NCBI GenBank assembly: GCA_050633245.1
Contig: JBOEGD010000005.1
Coordinates: 60,076 to 124,075 of the forward strand
DNA length: 64,000 nt
Source: Calditrichia bacterium
Lineage (GTDB): Bacteria; Calditrichota; Calditrichia; RBG-13-44-9; J075
Direction: 5' to 3'
A model generated the notes under the pieces. That model searched no databases. It worked only from the letters and a program-made list of their open reading frames with translations, and had not been told where the DNA came from. This document shows positions 30,901 to 42,751 of this stretch, piece by piece. Positions within the stretch are counted from its first letter, which is position 1. Each line of letters opens with the position of its first letter. The position numbers and the translations under genes were made by a program.

Positions 30901-31026
30901 AATGGTGAATGGTGGCATGCTGTTTCTTGGCAGGCTATTGTAGCCTGCAAGGCCGATGACAAATATCATCATCAGAAGCATGTAGGTGACACGATTGTTT
31001 TTTATAGCTAAGGCGGTAATATTCAC
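27940..31026 (-). CDS. RND efflux permease (AcrB/AcrD/AcrF family)
   Basis: 1028 aa; ALGMLVDNAIV, GIVINNAIVL, RFRPILLT. Confidence 0.95.
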   Translation of the reverse strand: MNITALAIKNNRVTYMLLMMIFVIGLAGYNSLPRNSMPPFTIRVATVVTNFPGASPDRVESLITDKIEEVAQEIAEVDYISSTSRTGLSVVSVSLKEDVPPAKLQPIWDLLRRKIDTIKGELPDGIKGPEVKDDDIGVVYGIMIGLESDGFSYAEQKVYAEDLRDQLIKLPDAAKVEIGGIIEERIFVEFDNSKLANLGISSSQLQGIISATNIIIPAGEVNYGDERIILEPSGNLEELESLRRLLINVGNGETVYLGDITNVYRDYISPRESIVSVNGNEGLALYISLKDGANIISLGEDVDILLAKYNPGLPVGMNAMRIASQDFDVDNNISDFVSNVVQSVIIVLLVMLVFLGLRTGLVVASLIPSATIMTLLLMNWFGVGLNQVSLAGLIMALGMLVDNAIVVAESIMVKMERGEKALDSAIASSKELIVPLLISSLTTSAAFLAFYLAESSMGEIMGPLFSVITMALLSSWLMALTVVPMFAVAFFKVSKKAKENKASIFDKMAVYYSRLLEICLRRPIMLIGLIITLFFVSLYGFTFLPFVFMPDSERNLVTLDMNYPLGTNIEKTEASVKRIERYIADSLMVGEQRTKGISDWSAFIGKGPNAYDLGYSAGEQNSGYAHMLLNTSSGNDNQMIINKLEAFAFSEVPDAEFTIGRLTSGGGAAVPIQVRISGDDPIELFKIVDNIKKKLLTIPGTKGIDDNWGQKIKKFYVDIDPSRLSSAGVSNQDVAISLNTVLSGKEVGEFREDVNTIPIVMREEGSKTITYDDMETLSIFSQSSGQNVPLAQVATVIPEWQFAKVLRRDLTRTVTVESDLREGYTAGDITGILTPWLEEQSASWKDNYLYEYGGESESSGKAMQAVIEKLPLSFFIILLLLVIQFNSIRKTALVLITIPLGFIGIVAGLLLTGTNFSFTGFLGLISLAGIVINNAIVLIDRINIERDENNKEPYDAIVAAGFERFRPILLTTFTTSFGLIPLWLGGGVMWTPMAIGIIFGLFFATVITLLFVPAVYKMMFRVAIPVRK

Positions 31027-31035
31027 GGTAGATTC

Positions 31036-32121
31036 CTAATTCTGCAGGAGTTTAACTTTGCGGCCGTCGTAAAGCGAGCCGAGTCCGGCTGTTGCAACGA
31101 ATGCACCATCTTTCAGACCATCTACTACCTCAAACCCACCAGGCAATAGTTGTCCAACAGTTACATAAACTTTTTCGGAGCTGTAAATATTATTCTCTTC
31201 CGGATTGAGGCGAAAAACAAAATTACCTTGCGTATCTTCACCTACCGATTGAAATGGCACTAATAAGCGTGGCGTGTCAGACTTTTCACCAAATGTAAAT
31301 GCCACTTTAGCCGGCATTCCCGGGCGAATTGCTTCGGTGGGATTTTGAACGGTGATGATTACCGGATAGGTTGCTGAATTAACTGTGGAAAACCCAACCT
31401 CAGAAACAGCGCCTGCAAAAGAAGCGCCATTCACAGAAGGGAAAGAAATCTGTACCAAATCGCTTTGGCTAATTTGAGTAATGTAGCGCTCCGGCATACC
31501 AACGCTGATTTCAATGTCATTCGTACCTGAGTTGATAACAATGATTGGATTACCGGCCTGTGCGAACTCATTAATTTTGGCATTTACGGCGGTAATCACA
31601 CCAGCTGTTGCTGCGACAATCTTTGAGTATTGAAAATTGGAGGCTTCAAGGTTCAGATTCTTCTTAGCGCTTTGATAGTTTGCACTACTGGCGGCGTAAT
31701 TGTTCTTTGCCGCTTCGTAATCACTCAGCGAGGCATTGTTTGCCTGATACAGGCTTTTTGTGCGATCGAGGCTACTTTTGGTCGTTTGTAGCTGGATCTC
31801 AGTGCTTTGCAATGCCGCTTTGGCTTTTTCATAAGATAACCCAATATCCTTTTGATCGAGCTGTGCCAGCACTTGGCCTTTTCGGACGCGATCACCAACT
31901 TTGACGTTCACCTTAACGATTTGGCCTGAGATACGAAAGCTCAGATTGGCCTCAGAGCCCGATTGTGAAGTGCCGTTAAAATTGCGTATTTGCTCGCCAC
32001 CGCTTAGTAATGCCTCGGCATACTTAACGGGTTTTACCGCATCTACAATTTGTTTAGAATCGTCTCCTCCACAAGCTAACAGAAATGCCAGGGAGAGTAG
32101 AAAAATAGAATTTACTTTCAT
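31036..32121 (-). CDS. RND periplasmic adaptor (MFP), lipoprotein
   Basis: LLAC lipobox; lipoyl half-motif VKVGDRVRKGQVLAQLD; RPGM. Confidence 0.93.
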   Translation of the reverse strand: MKVNSIFLLSLAFLLACGGDDSKQIVDAVKPVKYAEALLSGGEQIRNFNGTSQSGSEANLSFRISGQIVKVNVKVGDRVRKGQVLAQLDQKDIGLSYEKAKAALQSTEIQLQTTKSSLDRTKSLYQANNASLSDYEAAKNNYAASSANYQSAKKNLNLEASNFQYSKIVAATAGVITAVNAKINEFAQAGNPIIVINSGTNDIEISVGMPERYITQISQSDLVQISFPSVNGASFAGAVSEVGFSTVNSATYPVIITVQNPTEAIRPGMPAKVAFTFGEKSDTPRLLVPFQSVGEDTQGNFVFRLNPEENNIYSSEKVYVTVGQLLPGGFEVVDGLKDGAFVATAGLGSLYDGRKVKLLQN

Positions 32122-34490
32122 TGTTGACCTTCTTCGTTCTTTATAAATGATTCGAAGCGAGTATTAAACGCCGCGTTTTCTTCTTGTGTTGCCAAAAGGC
32201 CATATCGACCCAGGCTATTTTCCAAACCGATAAATGCTGTCAGGTATTGATAAACAGAATTCGCATAACCCTGTTTAGCTTGTAGAGCTGCTTCTTGTGC
32301 GTCAATTAGTTGGATTACCGAAACCGTTCCGTTGCGATAGTAGTCCTGCACCAGTTCAAAGTTCTTCTGGGAATTCTCCTCGGCAATTTTTGAGAATCTA
32401 ATATTTGTTTTAGCAGTCAAAAGATCAATGGCGCTAGAGGTGACCAACAGCTGCAGGTTTTGATCCAGGCTACCCAATTGGTATTCCAGCTGTCGCTTTT
32501 GCAGTGTGCTTTTTTGCACATCAATTCGTCTTCTATTGCCCTCAAAAAGAGGAATGGATAGATTGACGCCAACGCTCCAGTTCAGATCCTGAAACTCAAC
32601 ACCGGTTGCCGGTACACTGCCGTTACCGGCTCGCCAAAAGTTATTATTGCCGCTACCGCTTAGAGAAAGTGTTGGAAGAAAAAAACGACGTTTGTTCGAG
32701 CTGATTTGTCTTTTTGTTGCCTGCAGGTTTGCGTGAAGCTGTTTTTTGGAAAAGCTGTGCTGTTGCGCTTCTACAACAAAAAAGTTGATGAGTTTGTTGA
32801 ACCTGTCCGGACTGTTTATATGACTGTCAATAAAGCTGGAAGACAACGTTTGGTACACCTGTGCATCGATGCCAACTTCTTCAACATCGAATTCAGTGCC
32901 AAGCTTGCCATTCAAATAGCTGTTTAGCTGCGTCTGCGAAAACGCAACCAGTCCGTAGGCTTCAACAACGCTTTGTTGCGCAGTTGCTACTTCGCTTTCC
33001 CAACGGTAGATGTCTGCACGATTACTTGCACCAAGACTTACACTAAGGCGAGCAAGCTCGAGGTTGGTCTTCGAAACGTCTAAATTCTCTGATTGAATAC
33101 GCAGGTTGGTTTTGGCCTGGAGAAGATTGAAGTAGCCCGTAAAGGTATCGAGAATGATATCCAGCGCTGTTTGTTTTGCCGCTGCCTCATCTGCTTTCTT
33201 TAGATAGGCTTGAATGCGGGATCCTGCGAGTGCTTCTTCAGAAAATAGCAGTTGTTGCAGACTAAGAACTCCGGTTATTGAGCGTTCAGCTTGTCCGGTT
33301 AGTGGACTCGTTTGTTCTTCATTAACCAATGACATAGACCCACTGGCATCTATTGTTGGTAGAAATTGAGACTTCGCAGTGCGAAGATCTTGCTGTGCCA
33401 GCTCAACATCAAGGTCGCTGATCTTGATGTCCAGATTCTCTTCGAGTGCCCAGCCTATAATATCTTCAAGATTATGGCGCTCGCCCTTTACGATCGGATC
33501 ATCCCCGATAAACTTGGCGGTGAACAATGTTTCGAATGTTGGATCGACGCCAATTTTGTCCATAACCATACGGTTCAGATGCAGTTCTTCGCGAAAGTTT
33601 AATGAGACTGGCATATCGGCCAATGCAACACCAGAAATTGCTTCGTCGGACATGATTGCAGCTTTGCGCAGAATCTGATTCAAATCATTATCGGTGGACA
33701 TGCATCCCATGATACCGCTATCCACGTCGCGTCGATTCATTGTGAAGGATGGAATCTTTTTAGCGTTCAGATAATCAGCAACCTGCTGAATTTCTTCCGG
33801 TGTGCGTCCGTACGGAATAACGAGATATACGGCATCAGTAGATTCCGATAGTTTAGACATAGATCCTACGATATCATCATCCAACGTAATGCGCTCGATA
33901 TTTGTACCTAACTGCTTCCCGAGGCTTTGCATGCGCTGTAGCGCTATGTTGTCATTAAATAGCGGGGCAAACCGGCGGTCTAAGACGAGCGTTACGTTTT
34001 TATAGGGTACAATTTGCTGAAAGCGAGCGAGTTCGCGTTCAATATCCTGTGAAGATAAAATGTAGGAGAAGTTTTTGACGCCGGACGTACCGTTCTCCGT
34101 TAAGGGAACGTTTTGCATCTCCGGGTCAAAGACGCCGAGGCCAATTGTTGGTTTTGGAAAGTCGCCTTGTTCCAGAACGGAATGAATACTGCCGGAGCCG
34201 AGCAGAAGGACGAGGTCGCAGCGTTTAACCAGTGCATTGTAATAGCCTGTCGCCTTTGAGTAATCCCAGTCCATTGTCAAAACGTCGCTGTCTTTTAGCT
34301 GCAGGGTCTTTCGACTGCCAATGGTTTTGCCTATTTCTTCCTTGAACTGCTGAATGAAGACATCAGCGCGTTCATTCTCCGGAAAGTCTGCTACAATGCC
34401 AAGGCGGACAGTTTGAGCCATTGAAATAGAACTTGTTAGCATGACTAAAAAAATCATGCGCGTCAATGTAGATAGAGTTTGTTGTTTCAT
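32118..34490 (-). CDS. TolC-family outer membrane protein with a large N-terminal periplasmic-binding-like domain
   Basis: C-terminal about 450 aa with OEP repeats (FLPTID, FLPTLSL, YRNGTVSVIQLIDAQ); extra N-terminal domain of about 330 aa. Confidence 0.88.
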   Translation of the reverse strand: MKQQTLSTLTRMIFLVMLTSSISMAQTVRLGIVADFPENERADVFIQQFKEEIGKTIGSRKTLQLKDSDVLTMDWDYSKATGYYNALVKRCDLVLLLGSGSIHSVLEQGDFPKPTIGLGVFDPEMQNVPLTENGTSGVKNFSYILSSQDIERELARFQQIVPYKNVTLVLDRRFAPLFNDNIALQRMQSLGKQLGTNIERITLDDDIVGSMSKLSESTDAVYLVIPYGRTPEEIQQVADYLNAKKIPSFTMNRRDVDSGIMGCMSTDNDLNQILRKAAIMSDEAISGVALADMPVSLNFREELHLNRMVMDKIGVDPTFETLFTAKFIGDDPIVKGERHNLEDIIGWALEENLDIKISDLDVELAQQDLRTAKSQFLPTIDASGSMSLVNEEQTSPLTGQAERSITGVLSLQQLLFSEEALAGSRIQAYLKKADEAAAKQTALDIILDTFTGYFNLLQAKTNLRIQSENLDVSKTNLELARLSVSLGASNRADIYRWESEVATAQQSVVEAYGLVAFSQTQLNSYLNGKLGTEFDVEEVGIDAQVYQTLSSSFIDSHINSPDRFNKLINFFVVEAQQHSFSKKQLHANLQATKRQISSNKRRFFLPTLSLSGSGNNNFWRAGNGSVPATGVEFQDLNWSVGVNLSIPLFEGNRRRIDVQKSTLQKRQLEYQLGSLDQNLQLLVTSSAIDLLTAKTNIRFSKIAEENSQKNFELVQDYYRNGTVSVIQLIDAQEAALQAKQGYANSVYQYLTAFIGLENSLGRYGLLATQEENAAFNTRFESFIKNEEGQQ

Positions 34491-34649
34491 AGTACTCGTC
34501 GTGTATTGGTGTGTCTTATTGAAATATTTTGCAATACAAATTAGTTGTGGAGCAGATTCTTTGAATAGATGGATATTTGTAAAACATATTGAGAATTGAG
34601 TTCGGGGTCAAGGAAAGTATGGAAATATCAAGAATTTCAGTAGACCGCG

Positions 34650-34687
34650 ATATAGTAGAACCGCAATGCATTGCGGTTCTACTATAT
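34650..34687. repeat. Perfect 38-bp palindrome, GTAG-type REP-like, after icd
   Basis: ATATAGTAGAACCGCAATGCATTGCGGTTCTACTATAT equals its own reverse complement. Confidence 0.8.
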
Positions 34688-34690
34688 TAT

Positions 34691-36934
<2,244 letters not shown>

Positions 36935-37172
36935 TTACGACAGGCATTTGGAAAATGCGTGTATATGAATGATAACATTACTTGCAGACATTGAGTAAAT
37001 ACGCTTTATACTACGGTAAGATGCAATACGGTGGCCGTAGGAGACGCAAGATAAAATAAGCGACTAAGGCTAAATTTGCAACTGTTTGTGCGTAGGTGCA
37101 GATACCGGGTTTGTTCCTTGTTTCTTTCATCCCCATTTACTAGAATTTGGTTCCTTATAAAGCGAGCGAATA

Positions 37173-37661
37173 ATGATAGATCTTCTTGGTTACATCGGCA
37201 TTGTGATGAACTTTTTATGGCCGTTGTTTCGTAAGCGTGCTGTAATGCTGATTGTACAGACTATCGGAGCATTATTTTTTGTAGCTCACTTTTTCTCGCT
37301 CGGAGCAAAGACCGGTGCTTTAATGGCGTTAATTGCTGCTGCCCAGGCTGTGTTAGCTATTCCTCTGGAATCGAAGCCCGAATTTCGTAAAATTTATCTC
37401 CTTACACTCCCGGTGATTGCAATCATGGTTGCTATCAGTTGGTCTGGCTGGCCATCGGTTTTTTGCGCGATTGCTATGATAATTATCAGCATTGGGCGAT
37501 ATCAGACAAATGTAATGCAATTCCGCTTGTATCTGATTGTTGCTGAGTTCTTTTGGATAGCTCATAATATTCTGGTGGGCTCGATACCGGGATTAGTTTC
37601 TGATGCGGTTACGCTGACGTCAGGGATTAGCATGTATTTTAGAGAGAGGAGAGTAATGTGA
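37173..37661 (+). CDS. YgjV-like inner membrane protein
   Basis: Multi-TM; HFFSLGA, WIAHN..VGS. Confidence 0.75.
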   Translation: MIDLLGYIGIVMNFLWPLFRKRAVMLIVQTIGALFFVAHFFSLGAKTGALMALIAAAQAVLAIPLESKPEFRKIYLLTLPVIAIMVAISWSGWPSVFCAIAMIIISIGRYQTNVMQFRLYLIVAEFFWIAHNILVGSIPGLVSDAVTLTSGISMYFRERRVM

Positions 37662-37801
37662 AGGTGCAGCACGTAATGATGTTTGCTGTTCTTGTGTTAA
37701 TCATATTTTCCTGTATTCGATATGAAAGTATAACACGTTTGGATGTTGACAAAACGTATCCGATCTCGGTAGAGGGAGAATACTTCTCTGCACCAAGGTA
37801 A
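37658..37801 (+). CDS. Short putative lipoprotein or truncated remnant
   Basis: GTG overlapping the previous stop, AGGAG upstream; hydrophobic stretch ending IFSC; TAA at codon 48, frame then open for 27 more codons. Confidence 0.35.
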   Translation: MKVQHVMMFAVLVLIIFSCIRYESITRLDVDKTYPISVEGEYFSAPR

Positions 37802-37917
37802 GAAGGAAGAGTGCCGGCAATTGTTTTGGAAAAAGATAAAAAGGAATCTATTGCAAGTAGTGAAAGATCCACTTTATTGGTATGAGCGATAATAGCAAAA
37901 AATTCTCATTCTCACTC

Positions 37918-38493
37918 TTACTTCGCGGGTAGTTTAAAAACAATATTAAAACAGGCACGGTCTGCTGTGGTTGGCGGAATCTTATACTCGCCCGGTGTTG
38001 CGCGAAGATGATACATAATCATTTTTAGACCATGCCCGCGTTTACTTTTGATGTCGTATTGCGGGGCGATTGGCATTTTCTTCCATTGACTTAATTGCTT
38101 GAAGATTTTACCATAGCCGCCGTCCACCGTGTGGTGAAAGAAGAAATAGATGTCGGTTAGCTGGTTTGTTTTTATGGTAAGTTCCGTTCCAGCTGGCGGA
38201 CGATGTAATCCCTGAAATAATACGCCATTCAGCAGATCGTCTGGAATGAAATCATAGGTATAGCGTCTGTCCAGATGTTGGATAACCCCGGGCTTCATAA
38301 TAGCATAACTGTATCGGGCTTCTGGAGAAACGGAGACCTCAAAGAAGTTCTCAGCCGCTTTAATCATTTGCGCGTCAACCGGGTGCTGTGGCCAATTGCG
38401 TTGTTTCTTAAACGGGCCTTTTTGCAAAACAGCCGCAGCTCCAATCAGGAGTGTTAAACCGGCAAGAGATGTGTATAGAAGGATTCTTTTCAT
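37918..38493 (-). CDS. Hypothetical exported protein
   Basis: ATG 38493 gives signal-like MKRILLYTSLAGLTLLIGAAA. Confidence 0.75.
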   Translation of the reverse strand: MKRILLYTSLAGLTLLIGAAAVLQKGPFKKQRNWPQHPVDAQMIKAAENFFEVSVSPEARYSYAIMKPGVIQHLDRRYTYDFIPDDLLNGVLFQGLHRPPAGTELTIKTNQLTDIYFFFHHTVDGGYGKIFKQLSQWKKMPIAPQYDIKSKRGHGLKMIMYHLRATPGEYKIPPTTADRACFNIVFKLPAK

Positions 38494-38539
38494 ATATTGT
38501 AGTTGATTAGATCGTTTTAGGTGAGGTGGTGGAATTTTG

Positions 38540-38781
38540 AAAAATATTTTATTTTTCAAAATTTGGCTCAAGCTAGAGCCGTTTTCAAAACTGCTCTAGC
38601 TCTTCGCTTCATTGTGACAATGCTCCGGTGTTTTGTCGGATTTTAACTACCAGAACCGGCCCGCAATTTTTTCTAAAATAAATTTCAAAATTCGATTTGT
38701 CTTTTCTAATAAATAGTAGAGTCTTGCGAGCTCCCAACACTGCTCCATTGTGACAATGCTCCAGTGTTTTGTCGGATTTTA
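38540..38781 (+). repeat. Composite intergenic repeat, cluster 5 (variant)
   Basis: Palindrome AGCTAGAGCCGTTTTCAAAACTGCTCTAGCT (38571-38601), partial hairpin at 38606, full variant ACACTGCTCCATTGTGACAATGCTCCAGTGT (38737-38767). Confidence 0.88.
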
Positions 38782-38967
38782 GCGAATCCGATTACACCAG
38801 GCTTTGCCCGTGCGCAATTTTGTCAGACCGAAATTGTAAACAATAATTGAGTCCGGGGCTAATTTCTGATGGTGAAGTGAATCGAGGTTTATTAAGTTTA
38901 ATGAAGCGCTATTAACCAAAATTTTTCTAAGGTTAACAAAACTGTTTTTTGCAAAAGGAGAAACGCC

Positions 38968-39378
38968 ATGCTAATTTCTCAATACTTTTATGCTTTTGGC
39001 GCAGGTCTTCTTGGTCTCTTGGGATCAATACACTTATACTATACTTTCTTCTCTTCAAAATTTGACTCTTACGATCCGGCAGTTGATGAAGCGATGAAAA
39101 CAACAACGCCCCGCATTTCCAAAGACACGACCATGTGGAAGGCCTGGATTGGTTTTAATGCAAGTCATAGCGTTGGACCAATGTTTCTCGCATCCGTGTA
39201 TCTTCCGTTGAGTATTACTCACTTCTCATTACTACAAAGCTCCGTCTGGTTTGCAGCGCTTCCGTTAGTAACCAGTTTGTATTATCTCCTTCTTGCAAAA
39301 AAATACTGGTTTAGCGTTCCTTTTAACGGAATTGGTCTTGCATCTCTTTGTTTTCTTGTCGCACTTGTAACAAGATAA
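38968..39378 (+). CDS. Conserved small membrane protein
   Basis: AGGAG RBS; LGSIHLYYTF, WKAWIGFNASHS, KYWF. Confidence 0.8.
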   Translation: MLISQYFYAFGAGLLGLLGSIHLYYTFFSSKFDSYDPAVDEAMKTTTPRISKDTTMWKAWIGFNASHSVGPMFLASVYLPLSITHFSLLQSSVWFAALPLVTSLYYLLLAKKYWFSVPFNGIGLASLCFLVALVTR

Positions 39379-39566
39379 ACGCCTTTGAGACTGCAAAAGA
39401 CAATTGCAAAAGCTGATAATACAGATATGCTGACAATGAAAACATTTGAGATGGAATTAAATTCATCACATTGGCAGGCCGTATCACGCGTAAATTGAGG
39501 ATACGCTAACTGAAAATCTATCGACGATACAACGGAATGTTCTGACCTGCAATTAAGGGATGCATT

Positions 39567-40181
39567 ATGGAATTCTCATGGATGAAAAAAACGGGTATAT
39601 TGTTATCCGTTATAGGGCTTGTCTACTATCTGTTCTTTTACGAGGCATCGGTGACTCTTGGGCCGGGTGTTATGGCAAAAGAACCGCCGCTACAAAAGAA
39701 AGTCTCATCACCCGAGGTGTTTTATATTGACGAATATCGGCTAAATCCGTTTGCTACATTTTCGGTGAAGGCGAAAGTATTGTCAAAAAAATACTATAGC
39801 ACTGGACGTGAGTCGGAGGTCTCTCCGGTTGACCTTGCCGTTGGCTGGGGAAGAATGTCGGATGAACGAATACTCGACAACTTTAGTATCTCTCAGCGGT
39901 TTCGCTTTTTTCACTGGCGGGTAAGCAGATTACCCATTCCAATGAATGAAATTATTCAGAGTTCTTCTAATATGCACATTATTCCTGCGAATATGTATAT
40001 TGCTGAGGCAATTGATGAAGTTGTGAAAGGAGATATTATTGAATTCTCCGGTAACCTTGTGAATGTTCGAGGTAGTAATAACTTCCGCTGGATAAGCTCT
40101 AAGAATCGTAAAGATACCGGAAACGGTGCTTGTGAAATTGTGTATGTTGAAAAGTTTGCTATCGTTACGCCTCAACAGTAG
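39567..40181 (+). CDS. Hypothetical membrane-anchored protein
   Basis: N-terminal TM; SPVDLAVGWG, SNMHIIPA, DTGNGACEI. Confidence 0.8.
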   Translation: MEFSWMKKTGILLSVIGLVYYLFFYEASVTLGPGVMAKEPPLQKKVSSPEVFYIDEYRLNPFATFSVKAKVLSKKYYSTGRESEVSPVDLAVGWGRMSDERILDNFSISQRFRFFHWRVSRLPIPMNEIIQSSSNMHIIPANMYIAEAIDEVVKGDIIEFSGNLVNVRGSNNFRWISSKNRKDTGNGACEIVYVEKFAIVTPQQ

Positions 40182-40189
40182 GAGAGACA

Positions 40190-40432
40190 ATGTTGGAGTT
40201 GCGACCTAATTGTGAATGCTGTGATAAGGATTTGCCGGCAGATTCCTTCGAAGCTCGAATATGTTCTTTCGAATGCACTTTTTGTAGTGAGTGTGTAGAA
40301 TCTGTATTAAACAATACTTGCCCCAATTGCGGCGGTAATTTTGTTCCTCGGCCTATCCGCCCGGAAAAATTACTTCAGAAATATCCTCCCACAAAAGAAC
40401 GAGTCCTTAAAGAAGGCGGCTGCGCAAAATAA
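40190..40432 (+). CDS. DUF1272 family Cys-rich protein
   Basis: MLELRPNCECCDKDL, CSFECTFC, CPNCGG. Confidence 0.9.
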   Translation: MLELRPNCECCDKDLPADSFEARICSFECTFCSECVESVLNNTCPNCGGNFVPRPIRPEKLLQKYPPTKERVLKEGGCAK

Positions 40433-40450
40433 GGCAATCGCGATTGTAAG

Positions 40451-41251
40451 ATGGAGAATTTGATGGATGTTCGGCACTATCTAAAACGTATAGATTCCTC
40501 GTTGCGGCAAGAGGCTTCACTAGACTATCTAACTCAATTACATCGCAACCATTTGATGTCTGTACCGTTTGAAAACCTGGATATTGTGCTTGGCAGTCCG
40601 ATTGAACTGTCTAACGCTGCTATCTTTCAAAAGATTGTTGAAAACAATCGCGGTGGATTTTGTTATGAGTTAAACGGACTTTTTGCCTGGCTTTTAACCG
40701 AGCTTAAGTTTGATGTTACAATGCTGTCGGGAAGAGTAATTAAAGACGGAAAACCAGGGCCGGAATTTGACCACATGTTGCTCTTGGTTAAACTAGAGAA
40801 ACCTTACTTAGCCGATGTCGGGTTTGGTGAGTCATTTACCGAGCCAATCCCATTGGATGATCAGGAACATTGTCAGCGCGGTGTTTGCTATCGTGTCTTG
40901 GAGCGGGAAGATGGGTTAATGTTGGCCGAGAAAAAACCGGGGAAATTGTGGGAAGATCAACTGCTTTTTACGCTTGAACCAAGAGGGTTAAGCGATTTCG
41001 AGGATACTTGCCTGTATCAGCAAACAGACCCAAATTCTACATTCACGAACCACACCAAGTGCTCTATGGCCACCGAAAATGGCCGCGTGACCTTTTGGGA
41101 TAATCGTCTGATAATTACCTCCGATAAAGAGCGGACAAAACAACCGATTGTGAGCGAAGAACAGGTGCGAGGAATTTTACGTGACCATTTTGCAATTATT
41201 TTACCGGAATTTGTTAAGAAGCAGAAGTTACTGCGCCCTATTTCTTCTTAG
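40451..41251 (+). CDS. Arylamine N-acetyltransferase
   Basis: PFENL, RGGFCYELN, DH, DVGFG (Cys-His-Asp triad). Confidence 0.92.
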   Translation: MENLMDVRHYLKRIDSSLRQEASLDYLTQLHRNHLMSVPFENLDIVLGSPIELSNAAIFQKIVENNRGGFCYELNGLFAWLLTELKFDVTMLSGRVIKDGKPGPEFDHMLLLVKLEKPYLADVGFGESFTEPIPLDDQEHCQRGVCYRVLEREDGLMLAEKKPGKLWEDQLLFTLEPRGLSDFEDTCLYQQTDPNSTFTNHTKCSMATENGRVTFWDNRLIITSDKERTKQPIVSEEQVRGILRDHFAIILPEFVKKQKLLRPISS

Positions 41252-41561
41252 TCATAATGAACTCCTTAGCCTCATTTAAAAGATCTGTCCAAATTTTCTC
41301 ATCTTCTTCTTCAACCAATACCCATTCCTTGAAAACCCGCCCGGCTGGCGCGAATGGTATGCCAATGCCCTGCTGAATCAATTCCTGTACCCGTTTTGCA
41401 GGTAATTTTGCGATGAGACTGCCGGTTTTGTGCTCGGCCGACGCAAAAAAGTCGCCGTTGATACGCAGACAGGGAAAACCCATCATCGTACCTTTATCTA
41501 CATCTTTTTGTTTTAGAAGCGGATCTGCCAGTGTCCAAAAAAAATCAAATGAATCAGACAT
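41238..41561 (-). CDS. Small TfoX/MmcQ-like protein
   Basis: GTMMGFPCLR, KLP..RV, GRVFKEWV. Confidence 0.75.
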   Translation of the reverse strand: MSDSFDFFWTLADPLLKQKDVDKGTMMGFPCLRINGDFFASAEHKTGSLIAKLPAKRVQELIQQGIGIPFAPAGRVFKEWVLVEEEDEKIWTDLLNEAKEFIMTKKK

Positions 41562-41578
41562 ATTTTCTCCAGGTAGGT

Positions 41579-42115
41579 TTATTGATTTTCCAATATTCGC
41601 TGAAGCTGCTGTCGATGTACTAAATCATGGCCAGCGTAAAGACGAATCATGTGCTCTATGGATTCTTCACCGCGTTCGCTATGAACGCCGGTTCTGGCTC
41701 GCTCTGCTTCAGTAAGCGATTGAATAAGTCGCAGATTACTTTCACGTAAGACGCGAATTCGTTTTAAGGCCAGATCAAGATCTTCTTCGGAATACTTTAG
41801 GCGATTTGCCCACAAATCCTGATCATAACCGGTGATCTCCGGTTTATCATGCCCCAGAATTAACCGCAGCCGCCATCCCCACACAAGCTCGGAATCGGCC
41901 ATGTGAAGTACAACTTGTTTCGCAGACCACTTGCCAGGCGCTTCCGGCTTATTAAGCTGATCTGTACTATGGCTTAGAACAGAACTCTCCATAACATCCG
42001 CCAGCTCTGTAAGAACGGCTAGTGGTTCCTGATCCCCCAGGAGTGAAAGCGTTGCTTGAATATAGGCGGCGGCCTCTTCTTCGGCACCGGTAGCCGGGTT
42101 TGTAAATACAGACAT
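41579..42115 (-). CDS. DinB family protein
   Basis: GKWS...HMADSE, YDQD.WA, AGHDLVH. Confidence 0.9.
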   Translation of the reverse strand: MSVFTNPATGAEEEAAAYIQATLSLLGDQEPLAVLTELADVMESSVLSHSTDQLNKPEAPGKWSAKQVVLHMADSELVWGWRLRLILGHDKPEITGYDQDLWANRLKYSEEDLDLALKRIRVLRESNLRLIQSLTEAERARTGVHSERGEESIEHMIRLYAGHDLVHRQQLQRILENQ

Positions 42116-42140
42116 GAATTCTCCTGGGTGAAAAGTCTTT

Positions 42141-42671
42141 TTAATTATTTCGGAATCTATAGCGAAACTCCTGTATAATGCGATCGTGATTAGGAAAGCT
42201 TAGCGCAATAAATGCGAGAAAAACGACGAGGGACGTCAGATTTATCCAATAAATCGGTTCTTCTGGAATGAAGCCGTCCTGCACGCCGATGAGGCAAGTA
42301 ACCAGGCCAAGAAAAACTGGTGCTTCCAGAATAGCAAGCCGTACGATATGTGCTGTTTTCATCTTTTGCCAAATTATTTGTGGGGTTGACATAACATTTG
42401 CCGGAATATTGCTATACATTTTTTCGTAGATAAGCTTCGATAGAAAAATGGCACTTATCAAAACGATAAAATGCACAATGGTCATTGTTGGAACCGAGCT
42501 TTGTTCTGCTGCAGGAAGATCACCACCCTGTGTTGATAAAAAATATATGACAAAAAGAAAAAGAGATACCCCCATCGCCAGTGCTAAATAAATTATTTGC
42601 AATGTCTTCAACTGATTGTTGTCTACAAAAGCAGAAAACTGTTCGCGGGTTACGGGGCTTCTATCGGTCAT
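42141..42671 (-). CDS. Hypothetical 4-TM membrane protein
   Basis: Hydrophobic helices; AILEAP motif. Confidence 0.8.
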   Translation of the reverse strand: MTDRSPVTREQFSAFVDNNQLKTLQIIYLALAMGVSLFLFVIYFLSTQGGDLPAAEQSSVPTMTIVHFIVLISAIFLSKLIYEKMYSNIPANVMSTPQIIWQKMKTAHIVRLAILEAPVFLGLVTCLIGVQDGFIPEEPIYWINLTSLVVFLAFIALSFPNHDRIIQEFRYRFRNN

Positions 42672-42751
42672 GGCACGCTCCTGTCGTATCGTCGAAAAAT
42701 GAGTATGAATAGAGCCTTAAATATTGCTGAGAATATGCAGGAAGGCAATCG

